DNA from: Octopus sinensis
Lineage: Eukaryota
Assembly (NCBI RefSeq): GCF_006345805.1
Contig: NC_043001.1
Location: 37,386,001-37,450,000 of the forward strand
DNA length: 64,000 nt
Direction: 5' to 3'
Shown: in pieces, positions 1 to 13,235 of the stretch
Layout: every line of letters begins with the position of its first letter
Numbering within the stretch: the first letter of the stretch is position 1
Notes under the pieces: generated by a model
Database searches by the model: none
Seen by the model: only the letters and a program-made list of their open reading frames with translations
Told to the model about the DNA's origin: nothing
Made by a program: the position numbers and the translations under genes

Positions 1-1487
1 AATAAGTAGAAAGGTAGACAATCCACAAATATCCTCAGGAAGATGGCCCTGCTCGATCTGTAGAAAAGGTGTAGGTAGAAACTCTATAAGATGTATCCAG
101 TGTAAGCTATGGACACATAAGAGGTGCAGCAATGTCAAAGGTAGGCTAACTGAGAAGATAGTTTTTGTATGTGGCAGATGCTCGGGAGCATTGACCTCCG
201 AAAATCTGCAGAAAACAACTTCCGTCACTTTCCGGGGGGAAAAACTAGAAGTAGTTGATAGCTTCCGCTATCTAGGTGACCAAGTCAGTAGTGGGGGTGG
301 GTGCGCTGAAAGTGTAACTGCTAGAATAAGAATAGCCTGGGCAAAGTTTAGGGAGCTCTTACCTCTGCTGGTGACTAAAGGCCTCTCGCTCAGAGTAAAA
401 GGCAGACTGTATGATGCATGTGTACATGGGCCGTGGCTGCTGAGGACATGTGTAAGCTCGTGAGGAATGAAGCCAGTATGCTCCGATGGATGTGTAATGT
501 CAGTGTACTTACTCGACAGAGCGTTAGTACCTTGAGAGAAATGTTGTACCTAAGAAGCATCAGTTGTAGTGTGCAAGAGAGACGATTGCGCTGGTATGGT
601 CATGTGGCGAGAATGGATGAAGATAGATGTGTGAGAAAGTGCCAATCCCTAGCAGTTGAGGGAACCCGTGGAAGAGGTAGACCCAGGAAAACCTGGGACG
701 AGGTGGTGAAGCACGACCTTCGGACGTTAGGTCTCACCATGGAAATGACTAGAGACCGAGACCTATGGAAGTATGCTGTGCGTGAGAAGACCCGGCAAGA
801 CTAGTGAAGCCATATCCCGTGGCCCCTACCTGGGACGTAGTCAGTCCACCTGTGCATACCTTCCTTATTGTGACACTTGAGAAGACCTGTTGAGGCAAGT
901 GAAAATCAAAATCAAATCAAAATAGATGTACATCAATGGAATTTGTATCCTATTTGTATCCTTTATGGTACCAGTGCCGGTGGCACATAAGAAAACTATC
1001 TGAACGTGACCGTAGCCAGTACCGCATCGACTGGCCTCCGTGCTGAGGGCACGTAACAAACACCATCCGAGCGTGGCCGTTCGCCAGCCTCGTCTGGCAC
1101 CTGTGCCGGTGACACATAAGAAAACACCATCCGAGCGTGGCCGTCTGCCAGCCTCGTCTGGCACCTGTGTCGGTGGCACATAAAAAACACCATCTGAGCG
1201 TGGCCGTCTGCCAGCCTCGTCTGGTACCTGTGTCGGTGGCACATAAAAAACACCATCCGAGCGTGGCCGTCTGCCAGCCTCGTCTGGCACCTGTGTCGGT
1301 GGCACATAAAATCACCCACTACACTCTCGGAGTGGTTGGCGTTAGGAAGGGCATCCAGCTGTAGAAACACTGCCAGATCTGACTGGCCTGGTGCAGCCTT
1401 CGGGCTTGCCAGACCCCAGTTGAACCGTCCAACCCATGCTAGCATGGAAAGCGGACGTTAAACGATGATGATGATGATGATGATGAT
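1..1487 (+). mobile_element. RTE-clade LINE, 3' part of ORF plus 3'UTR tandem array and (GAT)n tail
   Basis: RT C-terminal peptides (RLRWYGHVARM, GRGRPRKTW); frameshift near 423; about 62-bp tandem units at 1060-1310; ends gttaaac(gat)n. Confidence 0.92.
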
Positions 1488-2214
1488 AGAGAAAGAATAA
1501 AATCTTGTATTGATTATACTGGTATTTTAATTAATTTAATTTACCTGCCCCATAAAAGTCAAATCTAATCAGCAAGATCAGCTAAAGTACATAACTATAA
1601 TCCACTGGTACATAAGCACTAACTGACAAAATTTCAAATCTGTATGTAAAAAATTTACAAAGTAACAAGCAAATATTGTGGACACCCCTCTTGAACCTGA
1701 ATAATTCAAAATAACATGAACAAATAAGCATTACATTTGACAGATTAATCTGAACACTAAAGGGTTAATAACAGCAAAGTTATTTTATTAAATTCTTCAT
1801 TGTTTATAAAATAAACTGAAACAAAAGCAGTGTAGTTCAATGGCAATATAGCAACAAAAAGTTTAAGCATAGAAAAAGAAAAGGAGCTGCTTATTATGAC
1901 TATGTACATTAAACAGATTAGGCAAAGTCTAATTTATTGTAATATTCCTGTTGACTAGGGTTTTATGATAAGTTTAACTCTACTATCAGCTTTGAGCTTT
2001 CCATCAGTAAATGCTTGATTATTATTCTTAAACTTGCTTTAAAATAATAACTTTAAATCAACATTTGCATGCAAATGGATATCTTTGAACCCAGTAAAAT
2101 GATGATGAATTCCAATATTTTAAATCTGAGTTTGTCCCTGTTAACGGGGGTGGCTGAATCTATCTCACTCTTACAGTAATTGCCCTCACACCATCTTGCC
2201 CAGTTTTGGGCATC

Positions 2215-2640
2215 CTCCTTCCTCAAGTCAACCTCTCAATCTCCTCCTCCATCTGTCCCTCCACATTTTCTTTGGTCGACCTCGCTTTCATGGTTCATTT
2301 ACTTTAAACTCAAGCACTCCCCTCAGGACATGATCCTCATCCCTCCTCAATATGTCCATACCACTGCACTCCATTTGCACTTGCCAACCATTCCACCAAT
2401 TCCTCCAACCCTAGCAAGTCCTCAGCCTTCCTTTTATCCAATAGTTTTACACCACACATTGCTCTCTCGGTCCTTCTCAAAATTGCCGTTTCACTTTCAC
2501 TTAGACACCATGTTTCACTCCCATACAGCATTGCAGATCTCATGCAGCTCTGATAAACCCTTCCTTTCATTTTCAAGGAGAACCTTTTCCAATATAACAA
2601 CCCTCCATGTTCCCTGAACTTCACCCAGCCAAGTCTCACT
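2215..2640 (-). mobile_element. Degraded RTE LINE 3' fragment, different subfamily
   Basis: ORF 2337-2651: ARVRLGWVKFRE...MLYGSETW...GVQWYGH. Confidence 0.85.
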
Positions 2641-3145
2641 CTTGCTGTCACAGCTGCTTCACATCAATCAATTACATCCATCCTAAGTCCCAAATAACAA
2701 AATAAGAATGGTTTGGAGATTATTTAACAATTCTAGAGAAGCAAACAAAGCATAAAGGTAGAAAAGGTAGAGTTAAAATAGACTGTACTGGCTGAATGCT
2801 CAATCATCCTCATGTTCTTTTTTATATTTTTATTTTCCACTTTTAACTATTACTATAAAAACCCATGTAATTTGCGCACCTGTGTAATTTATGCAGGTGA
2901 TTTTCAAGATAAAAAATTGTTAAAAAAAACTTCTACTCGTGTAAAATTCATACCCAAAAGTTTTCAGAATTGCCGATATCAGAAATGATTTTCAATTTAG
3001 TTGCATTTAGCATGATTTCACTTACTTATGATTAGATTTTATTAAATTTTCATTAAATAAAAATAATTTCTGTTTAACAGGTGTCACATTGAAAGCTATT
3101 AAATTACGAAGTATTTGTGTTGTTTATAATAAATTTTATCTTATA

Positions 3146-3546
3146 CTAGCAGTATCGCCCGGCGTTGCTCGGGTTTGTAAGGGAAATAACTATATAAGCA
3201 TTTTTTAGAGATGTAAAGTATAATAGCCATCTCAATATGGCTAACCACAAAGGGGGGGGGGGGTGTTACTGTAGCTTTTTACGTTCTGAGATTTAATAAT
3301 AAATTTTTAGAGAGTTACTTCTCTTATATATGCCAAAAATGCATTAAAATGGGAAAAATTGATGGTAAATTTTTTTTTAAATTGTAGACTCATCATAGAC
3401 ACGCGCTAATACCCAGAAGGGCTCGATATGAATCACGACTATAAGATATCCAGTTTTGGTTAAACTGCACTGCAAAATGCGGGAGTAGTTAGGAATCTAA
3501 ATCGTAGGAGACAGACAGCACACAACCTTACTTTTATATATAAAGA
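3146..3546 (-). mobile_element. Non-autonomous Helitron-like element, both ends present
   Basis: Minus strand A|TCTTTATATATAAAAG...CCCGAGCAACGCCGGGCGATACTG CTAG|T: 5' TC, GC-rich subterminal hairpin, 3' CTAG, A|T target. Confidence 0.85.
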
Positions 3547-4125
3547 TTTCTTGCCTACAAGAGATTTCTAATGTAAATAATACTGCAGCAGCAACCTATT
3601 CTGCAGTTTGAGTAACTTTCAATGCCAAGGTTTGGTACAAGGCCTTCCAGGATTTTCCTGATGTATATCACTCCATATCTTTCCTGCCTTCATTCTAGGG
3701 AGAAGAGTTTTAATTCTTTCAGTCTTTCACAGAAGCTAATACATTGCATTGAAATGATTTTCCCTGTGTAGCTTCATTTGATGGACTCAATTTCTTCCGT
3801 GAATTTTATATTGTGTAGTGACCAGTCCAAGTGGCTGAGGATATATGTCCTCCAAAGGACCATCAATGTCTCCTTTTGTTTTGTAAGTTCATAGGGTCCA
3901 TCCAACTAACTGTGTGCATTTTATTACTGAATTGGTAATATGCATTGGCCCAGGGTGGATTACAATCCCAGAACATAAATCAACGTGTGACCTGGGTCAC
4001 AAGATGGTGATAAAGTACAAACAGATGGCTCAGTGGGTCCTGAGAACCTTCAGAAATGGAGAGAAGGAAACCATGATGTTTCCTTCTCACTGGTTTTCAT
4101 GATGTTTCCTTCCCACTGGTTTTGA

Positions 4126-4173
<48 letters not shown>

Positions 4174-4489
4174 GTGCATGCATACATGCATGTATGTATA
4201 GGAAGGAAATATAGCATATATTCAAAATATTTCAGGGAGAGGAAAATAGTCAGAGTAGCTTGTGAATGGAAATATTTTGTATATGTGTGTGAGTGTATAT
4301 ATATATATACATATAGAGAGAGAGAGAGAGAGAGAGAAAGGGGGAGGGAGAACGGAAATGTTATAGCACATATGCAAATATCCCAGGAAAAGGAAAATAG
4401 TCAGAGCAGCTTGTCAATGGATTGTCAAGAATGAATGAATTTTAAAATTCTAAAATAAAACTATGAAAATCAAAAATAAATTAACAAAC

Positions 4490-4558
4490 CTGATAATTCC
4501 GAACTCCATCCCAGCATGCAGTTTCGTTTGGTGAATTTTTCAAATTATCCAGGCTGAA
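4490..4558 (-). CDS. THYN1: THYN1 next coding exon
   Basis: gtatttcag|TTC AGC CTG...AAT TAT CAG|gtttgt gives FSLDNLKNSPNETACWDGVRNYQ (69 nt, phase 0/0). It continues in frame from the 21200 exon and carries the EVE motif CWDGVRNYQ. Not in the ORF track because it is short. Later exons were not found in 1-4489. Confidence 0.95.
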
Positions 4559-4621
4559 CTGAAATACAAGGGGTAAAATTATAATTTTGTATCAGAGGAA
4601 ATTGAGTTTGTAAAATATTGT

Positions 4622-5240
4622 CACACTCTCGGAGTGGTTGGCATTAGGAAGGGCATCCAGCTGTAGAAACTCTGCCAGATCAGATTGGAGCCTGGTGCAG
4701 CCATCTGGCTTGCCAGTCCTCAGTCAAATCGTCCAACCCATGCCAGAATGGAAAGTGGATATTAAACGATGATAACATTTTTTAATACTATATGAAGACA
4801 TGTTATTCTGGAGGCACCTTAGTTTTGTCGCAATTATTTCATAAATAGAATAAACTAGAAAAGAATGAGCAACACTCCAGTAATGAGTTTTAGAAGCCAA
4901 AAGAAATCCAATAAGATCATCATCATCGTTTAACGTCTGTTTTCCATGCTAGCATGGGTTAGACAATTCGACTGGGGTCTGGGAAGCCAGGAGGCTGCAC
5001 CAGGCTCCAGTCTGTTCTGGCAGTGTTTCTATAGCTGGATACCCTTCCTAACACCAACTACTCTGTGAGTGAAGTCGGATAGTAAATTTGAAACATTATC
5101 ATGATCATCATGCTTTCCATGCTGGCATGGGGTGGACAGTTTGGCTGGGGTCTGGGAATCCAGGAGGCTGCACCAGGCTCCAGTCTGATCTGGCAGTGTT
5201 TCTACAGCTGGATACCCTTCCTAACGCCAACTACTCTGTG
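4622..5240. mobile_element. Three short RTE 3'-tail copies: 4622-4775 (+), 4917-5075 (-), 5100-5240 (-)
   Basis: Shared core gttggcgttaggaagggcatccagctgtagaaac and gat/cat tails. Confidence 0.85.
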
Positions 5241-5389
5241 AATTATATATGAAAGAAGGTTTGAAAATGCAATTTATTCACTTGACTGGTTTCACTTTTT
5301 TAGATAAAGATTGTCAAAAGTAACATGTAAAAGCTTTGTTGTGTTAGGTACTGGTTGTCACAAAATATTACAATACATATATACATTCT

Positions 5390-5640
5390 TTGGAGCAAGA
5401 CACTTTATTTCACATTGCTCCAGTTCACTTAGCTGTAGAATTGCAACATCACTGATGCCAAGCCATATTGGCCTTTGCTTTTCTCTTGGATAACATTGGT
5501 GGAATGGAGTGGGGAAGCTGGTATGCATGGGTGACTGATAATCTTCCACAAACAGTCTTGCCTAGACTTGTGCCTCGGAAAGTAACTTTCCAGGTGCAAT
5601 CCCATGGACATTCATGACCGAAGTGGGGTCTTTACCCATT
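5390..5640. mobile_element. SINE-like fragment
   Basis: Contains aagacactttatttcacattgctccagttcac, whose reverse complement recurs in the SINE at 58040-58340. Confidence 0.55.
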
Positions 5641-6084
5641 ATATATGTGTGTGTGTGTAAGTATAATCATCATCATCATTTAATGTCCATTTTCCATTTG
5701 GTATGGGTTGGACAGTTTGACAGGAGCCGGCCAGGTTCCATGTCCGTTCTGGCATGGTTTCTACAGCTGCATGCTCTTCCTAACACCAACCACTTTACAG
5801 AGTATACTGGGTGCTTTTCGTGTGGCACCAGCATCCATAAGCCCACAAGGTTAAGAATGCTCAGCTGAAGAGGGATGCAGGAGACATGCCTGTGTGGAAA
5901 GTCAATCCCAATTTTACTTAGCTTGGCGTGTCTTCTCAAGCACAGCAAACTGCCAGGAGTCTCCGTCCCCTATTATCCTCCCTGTCATCCCCTCTGTGAG
6001 GCCCAACTTCTGAAGATTCTTTCTCACCACTTTGCCCACATCTTCCCTCCACAAATATATAAAATAAAGCAAGTGTATGCATGC

Positions 6085-6540
6085 ATACATACATACATGA
6101 TGGCCGTCCACTCGTGACCGAGGAAGACTATTGCCGACCTTCAGGAACATTGCGCGCTCTAGGACTAACTTATATTTTGCATTTGTGGCTCCGTTGGTGG
6201 CTAATGAGCCCTGCTCTTGACAAGCATACACGACTGCAAACATTGCAGACCAAGTTTTCCCCATTCACTATACGAGCCGTGTGCTTTCGCGAAGCTCGCT
6301 TAAGTTCTTCATGCTGGATATGTGCTCTCTCGAAAGTGTCGATCCCCTCCTTAACCTGCTTCCTCCATCTGTGGCGATGACAGGCATTGTTCTCCCAGTC
6401 AGTGTCCTGCATATCACAGGCCTTTAATGAGGAATTGACACAGTCCTTAAATCGCAGCCTTGGTTTCTGCCGGAGTCTCCTTCCATTCACAAGTTCTCCA
6501 TAGAGCATCTGCTTAGGAATCCTGCTGTCCTTCATTCTAC
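6085..6540 (-). mobile_element. RTE-BovB-like LINE 3' end
   Basis: ORF 6170-6550: MKDSRIPKQMLYGEL...RLRFKD...CNVCSRVCLSRAGLISHQRSH, with the C-terminal C2H2 motif typical of BovB-type elements. Confidence 0.88.
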
Positions 6541-8067
6541 ATACATACATACATACAAAGTTCTCCTTGTGCTAGGCAATGCCAAACACCTCTTTTAGTA
6601 ACTATTTCAAATACACATACACAAATTTATTCACTTTCATATGTACCATAAATAATTCATAAGCAGCCAGTCACTGATTTAATTCTGCAGCATATTCTTA
6701 CAGTTGTCTCCTTATGTTATAAATGACTGAAAAAGTTTTAGTGGGACAGAATTGCCGTTTGTCATTACTTGTAAAATGACAGGTGTTGTAACTGTTTTGT
6801 AATCTAGTCTGCTGTGATAGCACACAGGTAGCCAACCAAACAAAATATATCACAACATGGTTCATTTCAGTAAATTTCATATGTCAGAGAAATTGCTGTA
6901 TACCTGATTTCCATTTTAAACACAGATTTATGTGTGTGTGTAAGATAAAAAATGAAATAGGTAACAGAGATTGAGATTATAGTGTGAAACAAAGGAGAAA
7001 TGGAAGACACAGTTGTAAAGAAATAAAATGAGGCAGGAAAGGTAGAACGTAATGAGAGATAATGACAAAGGTAATGGGAAGCACTAATGGGAGTTTCCTG
7101 TTTGTTGTGTGTGTATGTGAGAGAGAGAGAGAGAGAGAGTGACGGGATAGTTATAGAAATGGTCAGTGTTAAGACAGTGATTAGTGTCAATAATAATTAA
7201 CGTTGAGGAAAGGAACTGTAGTTATGCTCTCAATGGAGAGCATAAATGAATACAGTTCAGTGTATTTCCCTTTTTTCTATAGCATGACTAAAATGGCTTA
7301 AGCATTTGCAACTGGTAGCAATATTTTGATCTAAATGTAAATATTTCGGAGATGTACTTGCATAGCAAGTGACCTGTTCTGAGATCGTGCACTGGAATGA
7401 AAACAGTTGCAGCATGGAAGGTGTTTATAAGCCATTTAAGAAACACACAAAATCCATTATTCACTTCAACATTTAAATTTAATTTGTCAAAATATTTTTG
7501 TCACTTTGAGACTGTGACCTGTTCACTGACAAAATGTTGAAGTGAATCTAATGGATTCTGTTTCTTAAATGGCTTGTAAACACCTTCTACACTGTAAATA
7601 TTTCCTTTCTTCTTTATTCATGTTAAAGTTATCAAAGCATTTCATTTTCTCTTTTCGTTTTATATATAACATATATAATATAGGTAGTGGGTAGCGATTT
7701 TCTTCAATACTTTAGGGGGTGACGACCCTGCTTGATATGAGTCCCAGGCTCAGCTGGCTCCGGCTGACAGTACCTGGCATGGGCCCCTATCCAGGGTTAT
7801 GGAAAGAAGACAACCTTCAAAGAAATCCGGAGTGGCAACCAAGCTGGTGCCAAACGTAATGCTCTGCACCTCTTTGGACTACATCAGCAAAGTCAAGAGA
7901 GGAATCTTGACGTTTGGGCTACCCAGGATTTTCTTACAACTAGCCTAGGCCTGTGCAAAACTGGAGAGGACATGAAACATAAAAACCAGACTGGATGAGT
8001 TTATGTTCAACTCCATTGTCTCCCAAGACAAGATATATAACATATATAATATATACACATAAAATAT

Positions 8068-8327
8068 ACTGGCTTCCGTGCCGGTGGCACGTTAAAAGCA
8101 CCAACCGATCGTGGCCGCTGCCAGACTCCCTTGACACCTGTGCCAGTGGCACGTAGAAAGCACCCACTACACTCGCGGTGTGGTTGGCGTTAGGAAGGGC
8201 ATCCAGCTGTAGAAACACTGCCAGATCAGACTGGAGCCTGGTGCAGCCTCCTGGCTTCCCAGACTCCGGTCGAACCGTCCAACCCGTGCAAGTGCGGAAA
8301 ACGGACATTAAACGATGATGATGATGA
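8068..8327 (+). mobile_element. 5'-truncated RTE 3'UTR and tail
   Basis: Same core and (GAT)n tail as 1-1487. Confidence 0.88.
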
Positions 8328-8344
8328 TATATATGTATAAATAA

Positions 8345-9388
8345 TCTACTACATATGTGGAAAATCAGTGTGTGTTTGTTTGTTTGTGGCATTGTTATCT
8401 AACTCCTCCTACATCGTTTTATTGATTTTGATGAAACTTGACATGTGAGTAGAACTCATGTCTAGAAACCTCATGACATACTTAGATTGTTGAAAAAAAT
8501 CGATAGCACGGCCCATGGAAGGGACCTTTATATCTACCTCATATAATTTTTTTAAACACCCAAGGGAAATAACCCAAACTACCTGCACAATTTTTTTTTA
8601 AACAGTCAAGGGAAATAACCTATTTCATTGTTTATGTTTGATTACTTTGAATATTGATTTTTTTTTTGTCCAATTTCTAATTTTTGCAGACAATATCACT
8701 TTTTTACTTTATTTGACATGTGAGTAGAATTCACGTCTGGAAACTTTGTGACATACTTAGAAGATATTACTAATATTTTATTTAAACAACCCAAAGGAAA
8801 TAACCCATACCACCTGCAGTTTTTAGCAAAGTAATCAATATTTGATTCTCTGACCAACCAACCTAATTCTGGATATCACTACTCAGTTTTGAACTGCTAA
8901 ACATTACTATTGCACTTCCTTGATTTGAATCTCTTCATTCATACATTTCTATACATACATACTTTTTTGAATATCTATTACTCCGATAGTTCTGCATTTT
9001 TACAGTTAGACTTTCTCCATGACAATAGATATTTTTTTTTCCACAACGCATTTGTAGTGGCTTCATGTAGGCATAGCATGGATTACCAAATTTCACTTAA
9101 CATTTCAACACAACTTTTCACATGCTAAAACAATAGTTTTTCTGTGAACGACAACCTCTCATGCCAACCCCCGAAAACCTCTGACAACCACCCTCACCAA
9201 CCTCCAACAATCTTTTTCACCAACCTTCAACAATCTCTCCCTCCTCCTGCGGACAGTTTTTGTACTTCTTCATTACAGAAAATACACCATCTGTGACAGT
9301 TATAATGAAATTGCTTTCTTATATCAGAGTAATAAGGCATTTCCATAGAACATCTTTAACCCTGCAAATTACCAGGTACACCGGCTAG
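8345..9388 (+). mobile_element. Non-autonomous Helitron-like element with internal duplication
   Basis: A|TCTACTACATAT start followed by a (TG)/(TTTG) microsatellite, CCGG CTAG|T end; gacatgtgagtagaa...gacatacttaga repeated at about 8440 and 8715. Confidence 0.6.
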
Positions 9389-10069
9389 TATATATATACA
9401 TCTATAATATATATATTATGTGTTTATATATATATATATATATATATGCACATTAGAAGAAATAAGATACTCAGAAATCTGGATGGTTTTATATTTACAG
9501 ATATTTATTAATATGTCAAATGTTTTTATAAATCATATGTATCATATATTAGCGCTTGTGTCCACTCTAGTAGAATCGTCAGATTGAACTTTTTCAGGAA
9601 TTTTGTCTCTTTTTATAGTATTATTGAGTGTGTAGTGGTGGAGAGAGATATAAGTTAGTACAAGAGGGTGAGGAATGGGGAGAAAGTGAGAGTGTGTGTG
9701 TGTGTGCTTTTGTATCTGAAAGAAGTGTCAATGGAAAAGAGAAAGAAAGGAAGAAGGAAGAGAGAAAGAAGAAAAAAATGTGTTGACATCTTTGAAGCTG
9801 GTCAGTTCTTTCAATATAAAATGATTCTTGGCTCTTAGAAATGGCAAACCCAGGTGGTCACTTCAAGGGGGTAAAATGTTTCAAAAAATTGTCTGGATTT
9901 CTTTTTATCATTGTCTTGTGAGAGAGAGAGAGAGAGTGTGTGCGTGGGTGGGTGTCTGTGTATCTGAAAGGATACACAGACACCCACACACACACGCATG
10001 CATGTATGTATGCGTGTGTATGTATGCATGCACATGTACGTATGTATGTAGAGTGTGTGTGTGTGTGTA

Positions 10070-10385
10070 TACAGGGTGTCCCAGGATTAACTATTTCAAT
10101 GAAATCAAGCAAATTTAAGAACAAAACTGACAAAATTCTATGTTTATTACTTAATTAATGATTCCAAAACAAATAGATTTATAAATCTTACATCAAAATT
10201 TTGCTGCAAATTCCAAATCTATCCTTAGCATTGCAAAGCACATTTTGAAGCACTTTAGGACTTATCTCCTGTACTGCTAAGTGAATGCACTAAGTTCAGC
10301 TAAACTATTGAACTGTTGGCTATAAGCCTTTGTTTTTATGAAAACCCCAAGCTATGAAATCCAGTGGGGTCAAATCTGGAGAGCA
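10070..10385. mobile_element. Tc1/mariner remnant
   Basis: TA|CAGGGTGTCCC terminal-type sequence; minus strand 10345-10383 encodes SPDLTPLDFIAWG, the conserved SPDLxPxD transposase motif. Confidence 0.75.
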
Positions 10386-10551
10386 TTTAATGTTAAATTG
10401 TCTCTGCCTTTCATCCTTTTGGAGTCAATAAAATAAGTACCAGCTGAGTTGATATAATCAACTAGCCCCACCCCGACAAAATTTCAGACCTTATGTCTAT
10501 TGTGAAAAGGATTATAACTTAACATAAAAACAAACATTAATATATATACAT

Positions 10552-10932
10552 AGGCGCAGGAGTGGCTGTGTGGTAAGTAGCTTGTTTACCAACCACATGG
10601 TTCCGAGTTCAGTCCCATTGTGTGGCACCTTGAGCAAGTGTCTTCTACTATAGCCTCGGACCGACTAAAGCCTTGTGAGTGGATTTGGTAGATGGAAACT
10701 GAAAGAAGCCCGTCGTATATATGTATATATATATATGTGTGTGTCTGTGTTTGTCCCCTAACATTGCTTGACAACCGATGCTGGTGTGTTTATGTCCTCG
10801 TTACTTAGCCGTTCGGCAAAAGAGACCGATAGAATAAGTACTGGGCTTACAAAAGAATAAGTCCTGGGGTCAAGTTGCTTGATTAAAAGCAGTGCTCCAG
10901 CATGGCCGCAGTCAAATGACTGAAACAAGTAA
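10552..10932 (+). mobile_element. tRNA-derived SINE, family A, full length
   Basis: Head aggcgcaggagtggctgtgtgg (A box) and ggttcagtccc-like B box; internal (TA)/(TG) microsatellite; tail gcagtcaaatgactgaaacaagt. Confidence 0.88.
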
Positions 10933-13235
10933 TATACACACTGGTAACATGTAAAAGATGCCAGTGACATGTAAGAGGTACCTGTGCTGGTGACATACAA
11001 AAAAAAACACCCACTACATTCTTGAGGTAAATGGTGTTAGGAAGGGCATCCAGTCATAGAAACCATGCCAAATCAGACTGGAACTTGGTACAGCTCTCTG
11101 GCTTACCAGTTCCAGTCAAACTATCTAACCCATGCCAGTATAGAAAGTGGATGCTAAATGATGATGATGATGATATATATAAGATTTTGTGTAAACCCCT
11201 CCCCATATATACGACTCTACGTAAACATACAGGAGTACACACATTATATAAGGCAAATATATATTTAACATACAGCAAGCAGTTCATAAATACAGATTAG
11301 TTACACGTAGATACTCAATATTTATCAACACATAGGAAATGTTGCTAAACGAAACTATATCCATATCTTTAACCAAATTTGTAAATAGATATGTAGATGT
11401 AGCAACAATTAGTTTATTCCAAAGTTTCTCTGAAAGAAATAGTTTTCCTTTATGTATTCTTAATAAAATTGACATTGACATTATTTCTAGATTTCTAGCT
11501 TTCTGCTCTGATTAGCAAGAACAAGTATTTACCATTCAATAGAATTTGGGAATAATCATAGTGAATTTTAGCATTTAACACAACTTTCCATCCATAAAAA
11601 AATCTTTTTTAAGGTTTCTCACACAAACAGAAATACACACACAGCAATAAGCATACATGACACACAGATACACAGAATGAAATGCATACATAGTCATATA
11701 CACATAGGTAGATAGGAAGCTGTTCCAAGTTTCATAAATTGAGGATAAAGTATCAAGAGATTATGACCCATTTTCACCATATGTAAACTGCCATTAGTAA
11801 CACTATGATTTATGCACACACACAAACACACAATCACACTCACTACATTCCTTGTCTTGCAAGTTACTTGGTGACCCTGCCAATGCTGGTGCCACGTAAA
11901 AAGCACCCAGTCCACACTGCATCCAACTGTAAAAACCATGCCAAAACAGACCCCACCTGTGCTGGTGCCATGTAAAAAGCACTCAGCCTACTCTATGGGG
12001 TGGTTGGTGTTAGGAAGGGCATCCAGCCATAGAAAACATGCCAAAACAGACACAGTAGCCTGGTGCAGCCTTCTACTTGGCCAGCTCCTATCAAACTGTC
12101 CAACCCAAGCCAGCATGGAAGATGGTCATTAAATGATGATGATGATGATATAGTTACATACACAGCATTTTCAAGTTTCCTAAATTAAATACTGAAGTTA
12201 AAAAGATTGAAAGATCCCATAACAATTGACAAGCTTGGAATCACAAGTAAAGACTTCTTGTAGAAGAGGAAGGGGGACCTTTTCAGTAACATGGGTATTA
12301 GAACCAGTAGAACTATATCTATGAAGATATCTTTAATTTTACAAATTCATAAATATGCAAATCATTTAAAAGAGTGTTTGGCTTTGAGGGGTTTTTTCTT
12401 CCCCAATGGGTTTTTGGAGACTTTGTCAGTAAGCATTTTCAAATTTGAAGATGGGCACAATTTTGTCGGCAGATGTCTTTCTGAATCCTAGTGCAGAGTA
12501 ACTGGAGCAAATCAGGCTAGTGAAGCCCATTCTTTTCTAGACTAACAACAACACCTAAAAATTTCAGATATTCGGAGTCAATAAACTGAAATGGTTCAAA
12601 CAGAAACTAAACTTGTACTGTAAACTCACCACTCTAAAGAGTACACACCTGAATCATAAAAATTCTCTTAATGGAAAGTTTGGCACACATATGAAATGTT
12701 AGCAACAACAGTAGCCCAACTATTTGATCTCCCTTCTCATAACAATAGGTGTTACTAACAACTGTAAAATCTAACCAAAGCATTTACAAACAAAAGCTTC
12801 TCTTATTTTCCGAGAAAAATGGATATCAGGAACAGTTACAGGTCATAGCCATATGTAGTATGTAAACATTTGTTTTCTACCTTTAACAAAATCTGCCTGC
12901 CATAGTGCAGTTGGTACTAGAATGCTTATGTTAAATCAAACTAAAATGGTCTAAATTTCTGCACCTTATGTTAGCAGCACAGTAACAATCATCATCACTA
13001 CCATTTTCATCATCCTCACCTGCAGAAAAATAGGTTAAAGAAAATAGTGAACTTGACTCATCAGAGATACTGACACACCTGAGACTACCCCTAGTTCTAT
13101 GATAGAAAACCTCCTATTTTTATACATTCTTTTTAAAACTGAAAAAAAACAAAAAAACTTCCAAAATAATTTTATGTAAAAATTTTTCTATCAGCTATAT
13201 TCTAATTGTCACCTTATTAATGAAAATATTGGTTA

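Noticed and set aside
1060-1310. Regular repeats suggesting a CRISPR array (also 30290-30965)
   Set aside because: Units are contiguous with no unique spacers, lie inside an RTE 3'UTR, and the context is eukaryotic with no cas genes.
865-1445. Repetitive minus-strand ORFs (MPPTQVPDEAG..., MCHRHRCQ...) and similar ORFs near 16.6, 24, 30 and 37 kb
   Set aside because: Read-through of the RTE 3'UTR tandem units, with overlapping ORFs in several frames and no protein-family signature.
2781-2810. Minus-strand LSIQPVQ resembling the THYN1 C-terminal RLSIQPL
   Set aside because: Preceded by an in-frame TGA, no suitable splice sites, and the exons expected between it and 4490 are absent. Likely chance.
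10552-10625. tRNA-like A and B boxes here and in other copies
   Set aside because: These are SINE heads continuing into SINE bodies; no complete cloverleaf.
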